From contig JACKPM010000001.1 of NCBI GenBank assembly GCA_024233495.1, forward strand, positions 258,584 through 322,583: a DNA stretch of 64,000 bases, read 5' to 3'. A program made the position numbers and the translations under genes. The stretch comes from Chlamydiales bacterium. GTDB taxonomy: Bacteria; Chlamydiota; Chlamydiia; Chlamydiales; JAAKFR01. A model generated the notes under the pieces. The model was not told the DNA's origin, made no database searches, and saw only the letters and a program-made list of their open reading frames with translations. Below are positions 53,263 to 62,907 of the stretch, piece by piece. Within the stretch, counting starts at the first letter, position 1. The number at the start of each line of letters is the position of its first letter.

Positions 53263-55773
53263 TTGAGGTTTCAAAAAGATCAGCTCAAAAAGTGGGTAGC
53301 TCAAGGAATAGGTTTTTTCCTTCTGATTTTGGCCATCATAGTTGCTGTTGGGTGGTTCACAAAAAATGAAGTGTTGATTCGAGTTTACCTACAGTATCCA
53401 GCAATGGTATTCAATACCGCACTCTCTTTCTTTTGCCTGGGTATGGGGGTTATTTCTCTTGCGAGAGGTTGGCTTCGTATTACCAGAGCATTTGGGCTCT
53501 TTGTAATCGTCCTTAACCTTCTCAATATGATGCAGTATGCATTCAAAGTAGATCTGCATATAGATCAATTTTTTCTCAGCTATGACATCTCTTCACCCAT
53601 GAAGTTTCCAGGCAGGACGTCGCTAAACACTTCTCTTTGTTTTTTCCTAGAGAGCATCGCTCTATTTCTACTCACATTTAAAGTGCGTCTGGTGAGGCTT
53701 TCAATCATACTGCTATTTGCATGTATACCGATGGGAATCTCTTTTGTCACTTTTATCGGCTACACAGTTGGATATGAAACTGGTATCGGATTAGATCTTT
53801 ATTCAAGAATGGCTCTGCACACCGCACTCGGAATATTTCTGAGCGGCTGTGTTGTTTTATCCTGGACATTGTTTACTTCAATTGGAAGCGCAGTTCAGTT
53901 GTATGCGCTGCCAACTGCTCTTTCTCTCTCTATTGCCTTAAGTACACTGGCTCTTTGGAGAGCATCGACAAGTAAGACTTTTTATTTCGCAGAATTGCAT
54001 ATGAAAAGGAATATAAATGAGATAAAAAAAATAATTGATGCTAAGCTCTGGGAAGATGTAAAGGCTATTGAGCGCATGGCAGCTCGTTGGGATATGCTGA
54101 GAGGGTACCCTTCTGATCTATGGGAAGTTGATTCAAATAGGTACATTCAGGACTTGCCAGGGCTAGTTGGATTGCAAATCATCGATAAGAGTTTTAAAAT
54201 TCAGAAGCAAACATCTGTTTTTCATAACAAAATTCTAAGAATCGACCAGCAATATCCAGAGCAGTATGCGGCAGTGCAAGAGGGGAAAAATGCTTGTGTC
54301 TACAATAGGAATCAAGAGCTTTTTTGGGTCATGATCCCGATTATGTATAAAGAAGAGTTCCAGGGGGTTTTAGTTGGTTTTATTGATGTGGATACCATTT
54401 TTGAAAACTCAATGGCTCTGTTTCACGAATTTTTGTACAAGGTGATCTTTCTCCAAGATAATCATGTTGTCTTTATTGGGAACAATTTCCATGAAAAATC
54501 TATTGGCGCTCCATATGAAGTCACGATTGCGGAAAATTTTGTCCCTTTTACATTGCAAGCATACCTCACTGAAAGCGCGCTTGATCAAGCAACTACAGGA
54601 AGCGATTCAGCCCCACTTGTTGTGGGGTTATTTTTAGCGCTTTCATTTGGTGCAGTAGCTTACTTCGGCATTAAAGCAAGGTTGAAAGAGTCATTATTGG
54701 AAATTTCATACAGAGATTTGAAAATTGCAAAGGAAAGGGCTGATAATGCTGCAGTGGCAAAGGGGTCTTTTTTAGCAACCACGACCCATGAGATCAAAAC
54801 ACCGCTCAATACCATTATTGGGACTATTCAACTTCTAACGGAAACTGAAGTGAATGAGACGCAGCTGAAATATATCCACAGAATCGACCTCGCAAGTAAA
54901 AGTTTGCTTAATTTGATCAGTGATATTCTGGACTATTCCAAAATAGAGGCAAATGCTCTGAAATTCGAGAATATTCCATTTGATGTTGTGGATACTCTCA
55001 AAAATGCTTGTGAAAGTTTCGCAGTTTTGTCAGAGGAAAAGAAGATCCCTCTTTATCTCGAAGTTCCCGCTCAGCCAATGCCAAAGGTCATTGGAGATGC
55101 GCATAGGATTGAGCAGATTCTATTAAACCTTATCAACAATGCCTTTAAATTTACAGAAGCGGGAGAAATTCTAGTCAGAATGAAATATCATGAGACAGAT
55201 TCATCGAGGGCAGTGTTGCATTTTGAGGTAATCGATAGTGGAGTTGGGATAGCGGGCGATGATCAGGCAAAGCTCTTCCAGAAATTCACTCAGGTAGAAG
55301 TATCAGATGCGAGAAAATTTGGTGGTGTTGGATTAGGGCTCTCTATTTGTAAGGGGCTGATTGAAAAAATGCAGGGAAGGATTGGCATTGTGAGCTCCCA
55401 AGGAGAGGGGACAACACTTTGGTTTGAAGTTTCATTCAACTTCCTAACTACAGATCTTCCTTTGAAATACTCCTTAGAAAACTATCGTGTGCTATTGATT
55501 CATCTATCCGCCATAGAAGAGAAAATTCTCTCAAAGTATTTTCGAGAGTGGGGTGCTGAGGTAGAAACTAAGAGCGTTGGAAGTGATTTTCCCTTTGATC
55601 TCGTTATTGCGGCAAAGGGGGAAATGGAACAAACAGAAAACATAGTGAAGAATAGAGCCCCAATTCTATATAGCACAGCACAATCTGCTAGAGAGAGTGG
55701 AAGGGATGTTTTGCCCTGGCCTATTACTCCCAAAAACTTATGGGAGGCGGTGCAGTCAAAAAAAGGCACATAA
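53263..55773 (+). CDS. Membrane sensor histidine kinase with degenerate C-terminal receiver
   Basis: 836 aa. Multi-TM N-terminus, extracytoplasmic segment, H-box SFLATTTHEIKTPLNTIIG, LLNLINNAFKFT, DSGVGI, GGVGLGLSICKG. The C-terminal REC-like fold lacks the acidic pocket and phospho-Asp (RVLLIHLS..., DLVIAAKG, PWPI). Confidence 0.8.
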   Translation: MRFQKDQLKKWVAQGIGFFLLILAIIVAVGWFTKNEVLIRVYLQYPAMVFNTALSFFCLGMGVISLARGWLRITRAFGLFVIVLNLLNMMQYAFKVDLHIDQFFLSYDISSPMKFPGRTSLNTSLCFFLESIALFLLTFKVRLVRLSIILLFACIPMGISFVTFIGYTVGYETGIGLDLYSRMALHTALGIFLSGCVVLSWTLFTSIGSAVQLYALPTALSLSIALSTLALWRASTSKTFYFAELHMKRNINEIKKIIDAKLWEDVKAIERMAARWDMLRGYPSDLWEVDSNRYIQDLPGLVGLQIIDKSFKIQKQTSVFHNKILRIDQQYPEQYAAVQEGKNACVYNRNQELFWVMIPIMYKEEFQGVLVGFIDVDTIFENSMALFHEFLYKVIFLQDNHVVFIGNNFHEKSIGAPYEVTIAENFVPFTLQAYLTESALDQATTGSDSAPLVVGLFLALSFGAVAYFGIKARLKESLLEISYRDLKIAKERADNAAVAKGSFLATTTHEIKTPLNTIIGTIQLLTETEVNETQLKYIHRIDLASKSLLNLISDILDYSKIEANALKFENIPFDVVDTLKNACESFAVLSEEKKIPLYLEVPAQPMPKVIGDAHRIEQILLNLINNAFKFTEAGEILVRMKYHETDSSRAVLHFEVIDSGVGIAGDDQAKLFQKFTQVEVSDARKFGGVGLGLSICKGLIEKMQGRIGIVSSQGEGTTLWFEVSFNFLTTDLPLKYSLENYRVLLIHLSAIEEKILSKYFREWGAEVETKSVGSDFPFDLVIAAKGEMEQTENIVKNRAPILYSTAQSARESGRDVLPWPITPKNLWEAVQSKKGT

Positions 55774-56169
55774 ATGGAGAGAGATTGGAAAACATGTTTT
55801 AGGGGAAAAAAGATCTTAGTAGCAGAAGATGATGAGTTGGCGCGCGAGCTGATGAATGATGTTTTGTCGCAGATGCACTGTGAGCTCGATTTTGCCATGG
55901 ATGGAAATGAGGTTGTTGAAAAAGTGACGAAACAGTGGTATGACCTGGTCTTGATGGATATCAGAATGCCAAATAAAGATGGGGTACAGGCAACAAGGGA
56001 AATTCGAGCGTTGAATAGTGACCATAAGAGAGTGCCCATAGTAGCTCTTACAGCAGCTTCACTAGAAGGTGAAGAGTCTCTACTGCAGGCGGGTATGAAT
56101 GGGGTAATTTTTAAACCTATTATCCTTTCGCACTTACGAGAAACAATGGCTGAAATTCTTCTGAGGTAA
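55774..56169 (+). CDS. Stand-alone CheY-like receiver protein
   Basis: 131 aa. ILVAEDDE, LVLMDIRMPNKDG, ALTAAS, FKPI. It starts immediately after the kinase stop. Confidence 0.85.
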   Translation: MERDWKTCFRGKKILVAEDDELARELMNDVLSQMHCELDFAMDGNEVVEKVTKQWYDLVLMDIRMPNKDGVQATREIRALNSDHKRVPIVALTAASLEGEESLLQAGMNGVIFKPIILSHLRETMAEILLR

Positions 56170-56171
56170 CT

Positions 56172-57521
56172 TTGAAAGCGCGCTTTTATATTGTCATTGC
56201 ACTGTTTTTTTTCGGCGTGACGCTTGTAAGTTGGCTCATGCTAGATCAACTTGTACAAGCTACAAAAAAGACAAGGCAGCAAATTTTCAATAACCAAGTA
56301 GAAGCAAGCCTTTCCTCTTTGACCGGGAGATTCTCTACGATTAAAACGACGATGAATGGCTTCGAAGGTTTTTTTGCAGGTTCTGAGTCAGTTACTTATG
56401 AGGAATGGAGGGAATACTCGACACATCTACAGATTTCAAAAGCGTTGCCGGAAATCGTATGGATTGGATTTGTAAGAGAAGTATTGGCTTCAGATAAGCC
56501 CGGTTTTAGTTCTTCCCTCCAAAATTCGAAGATCTGGCCCGAAGCGGATAGAGCGCGTTACTTTCCTATCGAATTTGTAACTCCAGAGGCTTATGAATAT
56601 CTAATGGGGTACGATTTATGCACAGATGAAGCTGTGTGCGAAGGATTGAATGAAAGGGCCTTTAAGGCTATTTCGGCTGTTCCTACCCTCCCACACAGTT
56701 CTAAAAAAGTAAATCAAGTTGAAAAACTGTTGTTCTTGCCTATACATAAATCATCAAAGTTTTTTGGGTGGGTTGTGGCAGCTGTAAATTTCGCAGAAAT
56801 CATAGAGCAAATTGATAAAGATCTACTCTCTTCAAACCTCTCCTTAGAAGTTTATTCAGGAGAAGCTTTAGGTAAACGTAACTTGATCTTTCAGAAAGAT
56901 ATAGATCGCCAAGCAAAACCTATTTTTACTTCTACGAAAGTACTTGATTTATCTGGAATGAAATTGGTCTTTGTCTTTGAAGAAAAAGCCTCTACAACCT
57001 ATGACCTTTCTGCATTTGCCTTTTACCTCTTTCTTTTCTTAATCCTAATTTCGATTTTGTTTGGTCTTTTTCTATATTTTCGGTTTTTGAAGAAATCGGG
57101 ATCGCTGGCTGAAACGGATCAAATAGAGCAAAATATTCTATCGAGCATTTCATACACAGTTATCGCAACTGATCTGAATGGAACGATTACCTTCTTTAAT
57201 CCTGCTGCTGAAAAATTACTTGGATATAGCGCTTCTGAAGTGATAGGAAAGGTATCTCCTGTATCTTTTCATGATCCAGATGAAATCGCGCAAAGAGCTA
57301 TAGAGCTCTCTTCAATTCTAAAAAGCGACTTGAAAAGCGATTTAGACGTCTTTGTTGCTCTCGCGGAAAATGAAATAGTTGAAGATCGAATTTGGACTTA
57401 TATCAAAAAAGACAAAGGTAGGGTTTCTGTGCGACTCTCTGTATCCCTTCTAAGAAATTCGAAAGGCGATGTCATTGGATATGTCGGATTTTCAGTCGAG
57501 ACTTCTAAGCTTTACCTCTAG
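56172..57521 (+). CDS. CHASE-domain plus PAS-domain membrane sensor lacking any output domain
   Basis: 449 aa. N-terminal TM, CHASE-like region (YEEWREY..., RYFPIEFVTPEAYEYLMGYDL, FFGWVVAAVNF), second TM, PAS (ISYTVIATDLNGTITFFNPAAEKLLGYSASEVIGK). The ORF stops right after the PAS domain. Confidence 0.7.
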   Translation: MKARFYIVIALFFFGVTLVSWLMLDQLVQATKKTRQQIFNNQVEASLSSLTGRFSTIKTTMNGFEGFFAGSESVTYEEWREYSTHLQISKALPEIVWIGFVREVLASDKPGFSSSLQNSKIWPEADRARYFPIEFVTPEAYEYLMGYDLCTDEAVCEGLNERAFKAISAVPTLPHSSKKVNQVEKLLFLPIHKSSKFFGWVVAAVNFAEIIEQIDKDLLSSNLSLEVYSGEALGKRNLIFQKDIDRQAKPIFTSTKVLDLSGMKLVFVFEEKASTTYDLSAFAFYLFLFLILISILFGLFLYFRFLKKSGSLAETDQIEQNILSSISYTVIATDLNGTITFFNPAAEKLLGYSASEVIGKVSPVSFHDPDEIAQRAIELSSILKSDLKSDLDVFVALAENEIVEDRIWTYIKKDKGRVSVRLSVSLLRNSKGDVIGYVGFSVETSKLYL

Positions 57522-57755
57522 TTTGCTGGATCAAAGGTTGTTTGTGCTTCTACCTTTTAGCTAAGACCTTCTGCTTCCTGTTCCTTAAGATACTGTGGAT
57601 CAAGGGATGATCTGTAGAGAGCATCATCTGCTCTATCAATTATCTCCTTTGTGCTTAAGGTATTAACAATAAAAATAGGAGTTTCGCCACTTAGTTCTTG
57701 TGGAACAGCCTCCATATTTAAATGAAATCTGTAAGCGTGGAGAGGCCAGCTACTA

Positions 57756-58668
57756 GAGGGTGTCCAAAAATTTAACTATCTGTTATCAAATAGCTTTTCA
57801 TTTTTTTTAGGAGTGTACAATGAAAAGGAGAAGCTATCCAGATGATCTAACAGACCAGGAGTGGGAACAGATCCAAGATTTAGCAACAAAACAACTTAAC
57901 CCAAGAGGGAGAAAAGGGAAATACTCTAAGCGCGAGATGCTTAATGCGATTTTCTATCTGCTACGATCGGGGTGTAGTTGGAGGTTATTACCTCATGATT
58001 TTCCTCCTTGGAAATCAGTGTATGCTCAATTCAGCAAATGGAAACGAACGGGTACTTTTATGAAGATATATGAGCGTTTACGAAAGAAGTTGAGAAAGAG
58101 ATTAGGGCGTAGCATTTATGCATCAGCAGGCATCATAGACAGTCAAAGCGTTAAGACAACAGAAAAAGGGGCTCTAGAGGTTATGATGGAGGAAAAAAGA
58201 TCAATGGTCGAAAAAGGCATATTCTCGTAGATACAGAAGGCTTTATTATCAAAGCTTATATCAGTCCAGCAAATATGAATGACCGAGAAGGCGCTGCTCA
58301 TTTGATTAAAGGTAAATCCAGTAAGACAGTGAAGAAGATTTGGGCAGACATGGGATACCGCGGGAAAAGGCTAAGAGATCTGATGAAAGTGAAGGATAAG
58401 GATTTAGAAATTGTACAAAGGCCTAGAAGATGGTTTTGGGTGACTCAAGAGCAGGCCGAACGAGGAGACATTCCGTTTGTACCCTCTTTTACAGTATTGC
58501 CCAGAAGATGGGTTGTTGAGAGAACTTTTGCTTGGATTGGCCGGTACAGAAGAATGAGTAAAGACTATGAGTACAAAATCCAAACAAGCAAAGTGATGCT
58601 TTTCCTATGCCTCGTGAGAACTTTTTTAAAACGTTTATGTAAAACATGTTAAATTTTTGGACACCCTC
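57756..58668 (+). mobile_element. IS5-family insertion sequence (IS427/IS1031-like two-ORF type), 913 bp
   Basis: Perfect 21-bp TIRs GAGGGTGTCCAAAAATTTAAC. TA duplication (57754..57755 and 58669..58670) inside CTAG. The transposase stop lies within the right TIR. Confidence 0.9.
57820..58652 (+). CDS. IS5-family DDE transposase, orfA (57820..58230) and orfB frame (open from 58155) joined by a predicted -1 frameshift
   Basis: orfA has a DUF4096-like N-terminus (LTDQEWEQI...LRSGCSWRLLP). The orfB frame reads RGSRGYDGGKKINGRKRHILVDTEG...WADMGYRG...VVERTFAWI (D, D, E). Candidate slip site is GAAAAAG at 58162..58168. Confidence 0.85.
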
Positions 58669-58838
58669 TAGAGCTGTGTATGAGCACTATTCTGGAAAGA
58701 GGTATCGGGTGTTATCTGTGGGGCGGCATAGCGAGAGTTTGGATGAGCTTGTGATCTACCAAGCGCAGTATGGAGAGGGCGATGTGTGGGCGCAGCCGCT
58801 ACGGATGTTCATCGAGGAGGTGGAGGGTAGGCCGCGCT

Positions 58839-59486
58839 TTAGGCATCTGGAAGAGCAGCCTTAAAAACGCGGTGGAGCGCGCTTCGTACGTCATCAAAGT
58901 GGGCAAGCCCTTTTTCTGTTGTGCCGCCAGGAGGAGCAATACGGGAGATGAGCTCTTGAGGGGTTTGGCCCGATTGTTCGAGCAGCATGAGTGTGCTGAC
59001 AATAAGCTGGAGCGTGAGTTCGGGAAGCTGTAATTCATCAACAATCTCTTGCAGTGTGTCAATCAGGGAAAGGATAAAGGCGGGGCCTGAGCCTGTAAAG
59101 GCAGCAACAGCAGGAAAGTACTTTTCATCAATGGTGTCAACAAAGCCGAAGGGTTCGAACAGAGGGATGAGCTCAGGGGTGGTAATATAGGTAATGCCGC
59201 AGCCGTAGGCGACACCAACATTGGGCATGAGGCGCACACAAGTGGATTGAGGATATTTCTCTCGTAGCTTCGCTAGAGGGGTGTTGGTAAGCACGCTTGC
59301 AACTAAGCGCCCTGTGAAGGGAGGGGCGGTATCAAAGTCTTTCGGCTTCATCGCAAGGATAAGAAGCTCGGCATCAATTTTATCATGCTCTTTCCGCCCA
59401 ATGAGTTGCACAGTGTGCCCCGCTTTGGTGAGAGGAGGTTCCATGCTCTGGCCCATGCGGCCTTTTCCAACGATTGCTATTTTCAT
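58839..59486 (-). CDS. proC: Pyrroline-5-carboxylate reductase-like NAD(P)-dependent oxidoreductase (short)
   Basis: MKIAIVGKGRMG Rossmann start, MPNVGVAYG, GSGPAFILSLIDTL, PPGGTTEKGL. About 215 aa, shorter than typical ProC. Confidence 0.6.
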   Translation of the reverse strand: MKIAIVGKGRMGQSMEPPLTKAGHTVQLIGRKEHDKIDAELLILAMKPKDFDTAPPFTGRLVASVLTNTPLAKLREKYPQSTCVRLMPNVGVAYGCGITYITTPELIPLFEPFGFVDTIDEKYFPAVAAFTGSGPAFILSLIDTLQEIVDELQLPELTLQLIVSTLMLLEQSGQTPQELISRIAPPGGTTEKGLAHFDDVRSALHRVFKAALPDA

Positions 59487-59538
59487 TAGCCTATCCAAAA
59501 TGATGCGAAGCGCAAGTGTAACAAATTCTCTGATAGGT

Positions 59539-60483
59539 TCATAGCTGGATCACGTTTTTCATCTCGAAGACACGCCCGGTGAGGTAGCTGCGTAAATTGC
59601 GTCTAAAGTGGGCAAAGTTTTCTTCATCCGTTTCACTCTCAGGATAACCGGCAACATTTGGGGTGAGAATGGTCTTGGGGAGGTTCCAAAGCGGGGAGTT
59701 GCGCAAGGGGGGCTTTTTGAAAGAGTCAAAAAGGATGCCCCGTAGTCGTCCACTTTTAGCGATTGGGATAAGGGCCTCTGTGTCGATAGTTTGGGTGCTG
59801 CCTATAATGATAAGGATAGAATCTGGTTTAAGCAAGGCAAGCTCCTCTTTTCCCAGCAAGACACGCTTAATCCCTTGGCTGGGAAAGGCGAGAACAGTGA
59901 CATCCGCAGAGGGGAGTAGAGAGTGCAAATTATTTGTTGCAAAAGTTTTGTGGCAGTGGGGGTGGAATGTTTTTTTAAGGCCCACTCCCCATGTTTTCAT
60001 GCCAAAGATTTGGGCAAGGCGGGTAACTTCAGTGCCAACACGTCCAAGCCCAATTTGAAGCAGTGTGCGCCCTTTAACTGACCACATAGTCTCTTTGAGC
60101 GGCCAATTCCAAAACTCTTGAGGCTCGTGAGGAACAGAGGGCCAAAGAAAAAATTGTTTGCTAAATGAAAGGACAGAGCCCATTACAAATTCAGCAATAT
60201 TAGAAACATTTTGTTTGAGGCCAGTCGAGATCATGATGCTGCCTCGCTCACGAATCTTATCGTAGCAGAGGTTGCCAAGATCGTTGCTGGGGGCATGTAC
60301 CCAGCGGAGGTGGGGAGCGAGCTCAAGCTGAGGCTCTGTGAGCTCAGAGCCATAGATAACCTCAACTCCATACCAATCAGATTCTTGAGAACACTCTCGG
60401 ATGATGTCATAGTGGGAGAACTCCGACTCAATAAGGTGGACGTATTCATCGGGTACGGGTGTATGAAATAGGATCTTTGGCAT
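59539..60483 (-). CDS. D-isomer-specific 2-hydroxyacid dehydrogenase family protein
   Basis: 314 aa. NAD-binding GLGRVGTEVTRLAQIFGM and a catalytic-domain layout typical of the family. Confidence 0.75.
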   Translation of the reverse strand: MPKILFHTPVPDEYVHLIESEFSHYDIIRECSQESDWYGVEVIYGSELTEPQLELAPHLRWVHAPSNDLGNLCYDKIRERGSIMISTGLKQNVSNIAEFVMGSVLSFSKQFFLWPSVPHEPQEFWNWPLKETMWSVKGRTLLQIGLGRVGTEVTRLAQIFGMKTWGVGLKKTFHPHCHKTFATNNLHSLLPSADVTVLAFPSQGIKRVLLGKEELALLKPDSILIIIGSTQTIDTEALIPIAKSGRLRGILFDSFKKPPLRNSPLWNLPKTILTPNVAGYPESETDEENFAHFRRNLRSYLTGRVFEMKNVIQL

Positions 60484-60550
60484 TGACTTTCAACCTAGCT
60501 TCAGGTTATATTAGTCTTCCATTTATCAAAAAATAAATTTTGGACGCATC

Positions 60551-60892
60551 ATGACAAAGTACGCAGTAATCCAAACCGGTAGCAAACAATACCGTGTGGA
60601 AGAGGGAGATGTAATCGACGTTGAGCTTCTCGAGGGAGACGATAAGAAGGTAGAATTTGATGTTCTCTTCTTCACCGACGGGAAAAAAGCGAAGGTGGGA
60701 GAGCCTTTGGTAAAAGGTGCAAAAGCGCAAGGCGAAGTTCTTGACGCTGTGCGCGGACCTAAGGTGATTTCTTACAAATATAAGAAAAGAAAGAGTTCTC
60801 ATCGCAAGGTGGGGCATAGACAAGACTACGCGCGTGTGAAAATCACGAAGCTAAGTGGAAGTAGCACCGGAGGAGCGAAGAGTGGCACATAA
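60551..60892 (+). CDS. rplU: 50S ribosomal protein L21
   Basis: 113 aa, [20 protein letters not shown]... Confidence 0.93.
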   Translation: MTKYAVIQTGSKQYRVEEGDVIDVELLEGDDKKVEFDVLFFTDGKKAKVGEPLVKGAKAQGEVLDAVRGPKVISYKYKKRKSSHRKVGHRQDYARVKITKLSGSSTGGAKSGT

Positions 60893-61130
60893 GAAAGGGC
60901 AAGGATCAACACGCAACGGAAGAGACTCAAAGTCAAAAAGACTTGGGGTAAAAGTTGGGGCTGGAGAGTTTGTGAAAGCGGGGAGCATCTTGGTACGCCA
61001 AAGAGGGACCAAGTGGCACCCAGCAAAGAATGTAAGACGTGGCACAGATGACACGCTCTTTTCACTCACTGATGGCGTTGTGCAGTTTAGAAAAGGAAAG
61101 CACACGTACGTCACCGTCCAGCCTGCATAG
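60882..61130 (+). CDS. rpmA: 50S ribosomal protein L27
   Basis: GTG start at 60882 with AGGAG 6 nt upstream. (M)[15 protein letters not shown]... is the canonical L27 N-terminus. Confidence 0.9.
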   Translation: MAHKKGQGSTRNGRDSKSKRLGVKVGAGEFVKAGSILVRQRGTKWHPAKNVRRGTDDTLFSLTDGVVQFRKGKHTYVTVQPA

Positions 61131-61165
61131 TTTGAGTGGGGGATTTTCCCCCACAAGTAGGCAAC

Positions 61166-62167
61166 ATGTTTACAGATAAAGTTCGAATTAAATTAATTGC
61201 GGGAAAGGGTGGAAATGGCGCTGTCGCATGGCGGCGTGAGAAGTACATCCCAAAAGGTGGGCCCTATGGCGGCAATGGCGGCCCTGGCGGTTCCATCGTT
61301 TTCGTCGCTGACCCACAAATCGAGTCTCTCGATGCCTACACCTACAGACGTATCCAAAAAGCTGAAAATGGGGGAGCTGGTGGCTCAAACAATCGGCAAG
61401 GACGGCGAGGAAAAGTTTTAAAGCTTAGAGTTCCTCCTGGCACTTTGATCAAAGATGCCGAAACCAAAGAGATTCTCTATGACTTGACCGAAGAGGGAGA
61501 GGAGTGGCTCGTCTGTCAAGGTGGGCGAGGCGGTCTTGGCAATACCTATTTTAAAAGTGCAACAAATCGTGCTCCAAACTTTTCCACACCAGGAAAGCCA
61601 GGAGAAGAGCTCGCTGTCGAGCTAGAGCTCAAGTCTATTGCAGATGTTGGATTGGTCGGTTTCCCAAACGCAGGAAAGTCTACATTTATTACTCAGGTGA
61701 CACGTTCAAAAGCGAAAATTGGTGCCTATCCCTTTACGACACTCCATCCAAATTTAGGGCACTACGAGTATGATTTTGGAAAGCGTATTCTCTTTGCTGA
61801 CATTCCTGGGATCATTGAAGGGGCACACCAAAATAGAGGTCTTGGTCTTGAGTTCTTACGTCATATCGAGCGCACAAAAGTGCTCCTTTTCGTCATCGAT
61901 GGCTCAGGAGAGGATCCGGAAAAAGACTTAGAAACATTAGAAAAAGAGCTCGAGGCGCACAATCCTGAGCTTTTGAAAAAGCCGCGCGTCATTGCATGGA
62001 ATAAGAGCGATCTCGATCACAAAGTGCCAGAAGGCGTCGTCTCAATCTCAGCTCTCACAGGAGAGGGAATCGAGACGCTCATCGGCCTCTTGAAGCGCAA
62101 ACTAAGCGCATATACGCCCGCTGCAAAGAGTGAAATGGTCGCCCCAGCTGGCCAGTCGAGTTTGTAA
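61166..62167 (+). CDS. obg: GTPase Obg/CgtA
   Basis: [27 protein letters not shown] (Obg fold), [17 protein letters not shown]. Confidence 0.93.
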   Translation: MFTDKVRIKLIAGKGGNGAVAWRREKYIPKGGPYGGNGGPGGSIVFVADPQIESLDAYTYRRIQKAENGGAGGSNNRQGRRGKVLKLRVPPGTLIKDAETKEILYDLTEEGEEWLVCQGGRGGLGNTYFKSATNRAPNFSTPGKPGEELAVELELKSIADVGLVGFPNAGKSTFITQVTRSKAKIGAYPFTTLHPNLGHYEYDFGKRILFADIPGIIEGAHQNRGLGLEFLRHIERTKVLLFVIDGSGEDPEKDLETLEKELEAHNPELLKKPRVIAWNKSDLDHKVPEGVVSISALTGEGIETLIGLLKRKLSAYTPAAKSEMVAPAGQSSL

Positions 62168-62907
62168 GAGAGCGCTAAACCTCCCAATGAAAAAAGCACA
62201 TTTAGCACAACGCTAATCGCGATCATGCGTGAGAGGCGGTAGGTAAACTTCTCTGCAATAGAGGCAGGAAGCACAAGCATGCTTAGCACCAAAATAATGC
62301 CTACAGTGTGAATCAAAAGCACAATGCTCAAAGCGATCAAACTAAGGAGAAGGAAGTAGAGGCGGCTCACATTGAGCCCTTGAAGCTTGCACTGCTCCTC
62401 ATCGAAGCAAAGAGCCAAAAATTGTTTATACTTAAGGAGGACGACTCCTAAGATCACCAAGTCAAGAGTTCCTAAAATGAGGAGGTCAAGCGGGGCAACC
62501 CAAAGTACATTCCCCAATAGAAAGTTCATCAACTCCACATTAAAGCCAGGCGTTTGACTCGCGAAGATGACGCCTACTGCCATCCCTACAGACCAAATCA
62601 TAGCAATCACAGAGTCTTCCCGTTGCCGGTGGTGAAGGTGGACATACCCAATAATCAATGCGGCAACTAAGCTTCCCACAACAGCGCCGTAGATAGGATG
62701 AAGCCACTCAAGGTCGTAGACACGTCGAAAATAGAGGGCGCAACCCAATCCCCCTAGAACGCTGTGTGCGATACTGCCGCTAATCGACACAATGCGCTTC
62801 ACTACAACAAAAGAGCCGATCACACCACTCGCAAATGAGGCGCCAATGCACGCCAAAAGAGCCATCTGTAAGAGGGGATTGACAAAGAGCGCTTGGAGAA
62901 AGTTCAA
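62017..62907 (-). CDS. Metal (Zn/Mn/Fe) ABC transporter permease, ABC-3 family
   Basis: 296 aa, polytopic, with an ABC-3-type N-terminus. Its 3' end overlaps the obg 3' end by 151 nt. Confidence 0.8.
   Translation of the reverse strand: MNFLQALFVNPLLQMALLACIGASFASGVIGSFVVVKRIVSISGSIAHSVLGGLGCALYFRRVYDLEWLHPIYGAVVGSLVAALIIGYVHLHHRQREDSVIAMIWSVGMAVGVIFASQTPGFNVELMNFLLGNVLWVAPLDLLILGTLDLVILGVVLLKYKQFLALCFDEEQCKLQGLNVSRLYFLLLSLIALSIVLLIHTVGIILVLSMLVLPASIAEKFTYRLSRMIAISVVLNVLFSLGGLALSYKLDWPAGATISLFAAGVYALSLRFKRPMSVSIPSPVRAEIETTPSGTL

Larger units (their letters stand above)
57722..58864 (+). pseudogene. DUF1653-family small protein gene interrupted by an IS
   Basis: ATG at 57722 (MKSVSVERPAT) continues in frame after the IS as RAVYEHYSGKRYRVLSVGRHSESLDELVIYQAQYGEGDVWAQPLRMF..., which is DUF1653-like, once 57756..58668 and one TA are removed. 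Confidence 0.7.

Noticed and set aside
57557-57715. 52-codon minus-strand ORF (MEAVPQELSGETPIFIVNTLSTKEIIDRADDALYRSSLDPQYLKEQEAEGLS) that might be an antitoxin-like gene
   Set aside because: I recognise no motif with confidence, there is no partner toxin ORF, and it is very short. It could equally be a remnant of the output-less sensor locus.
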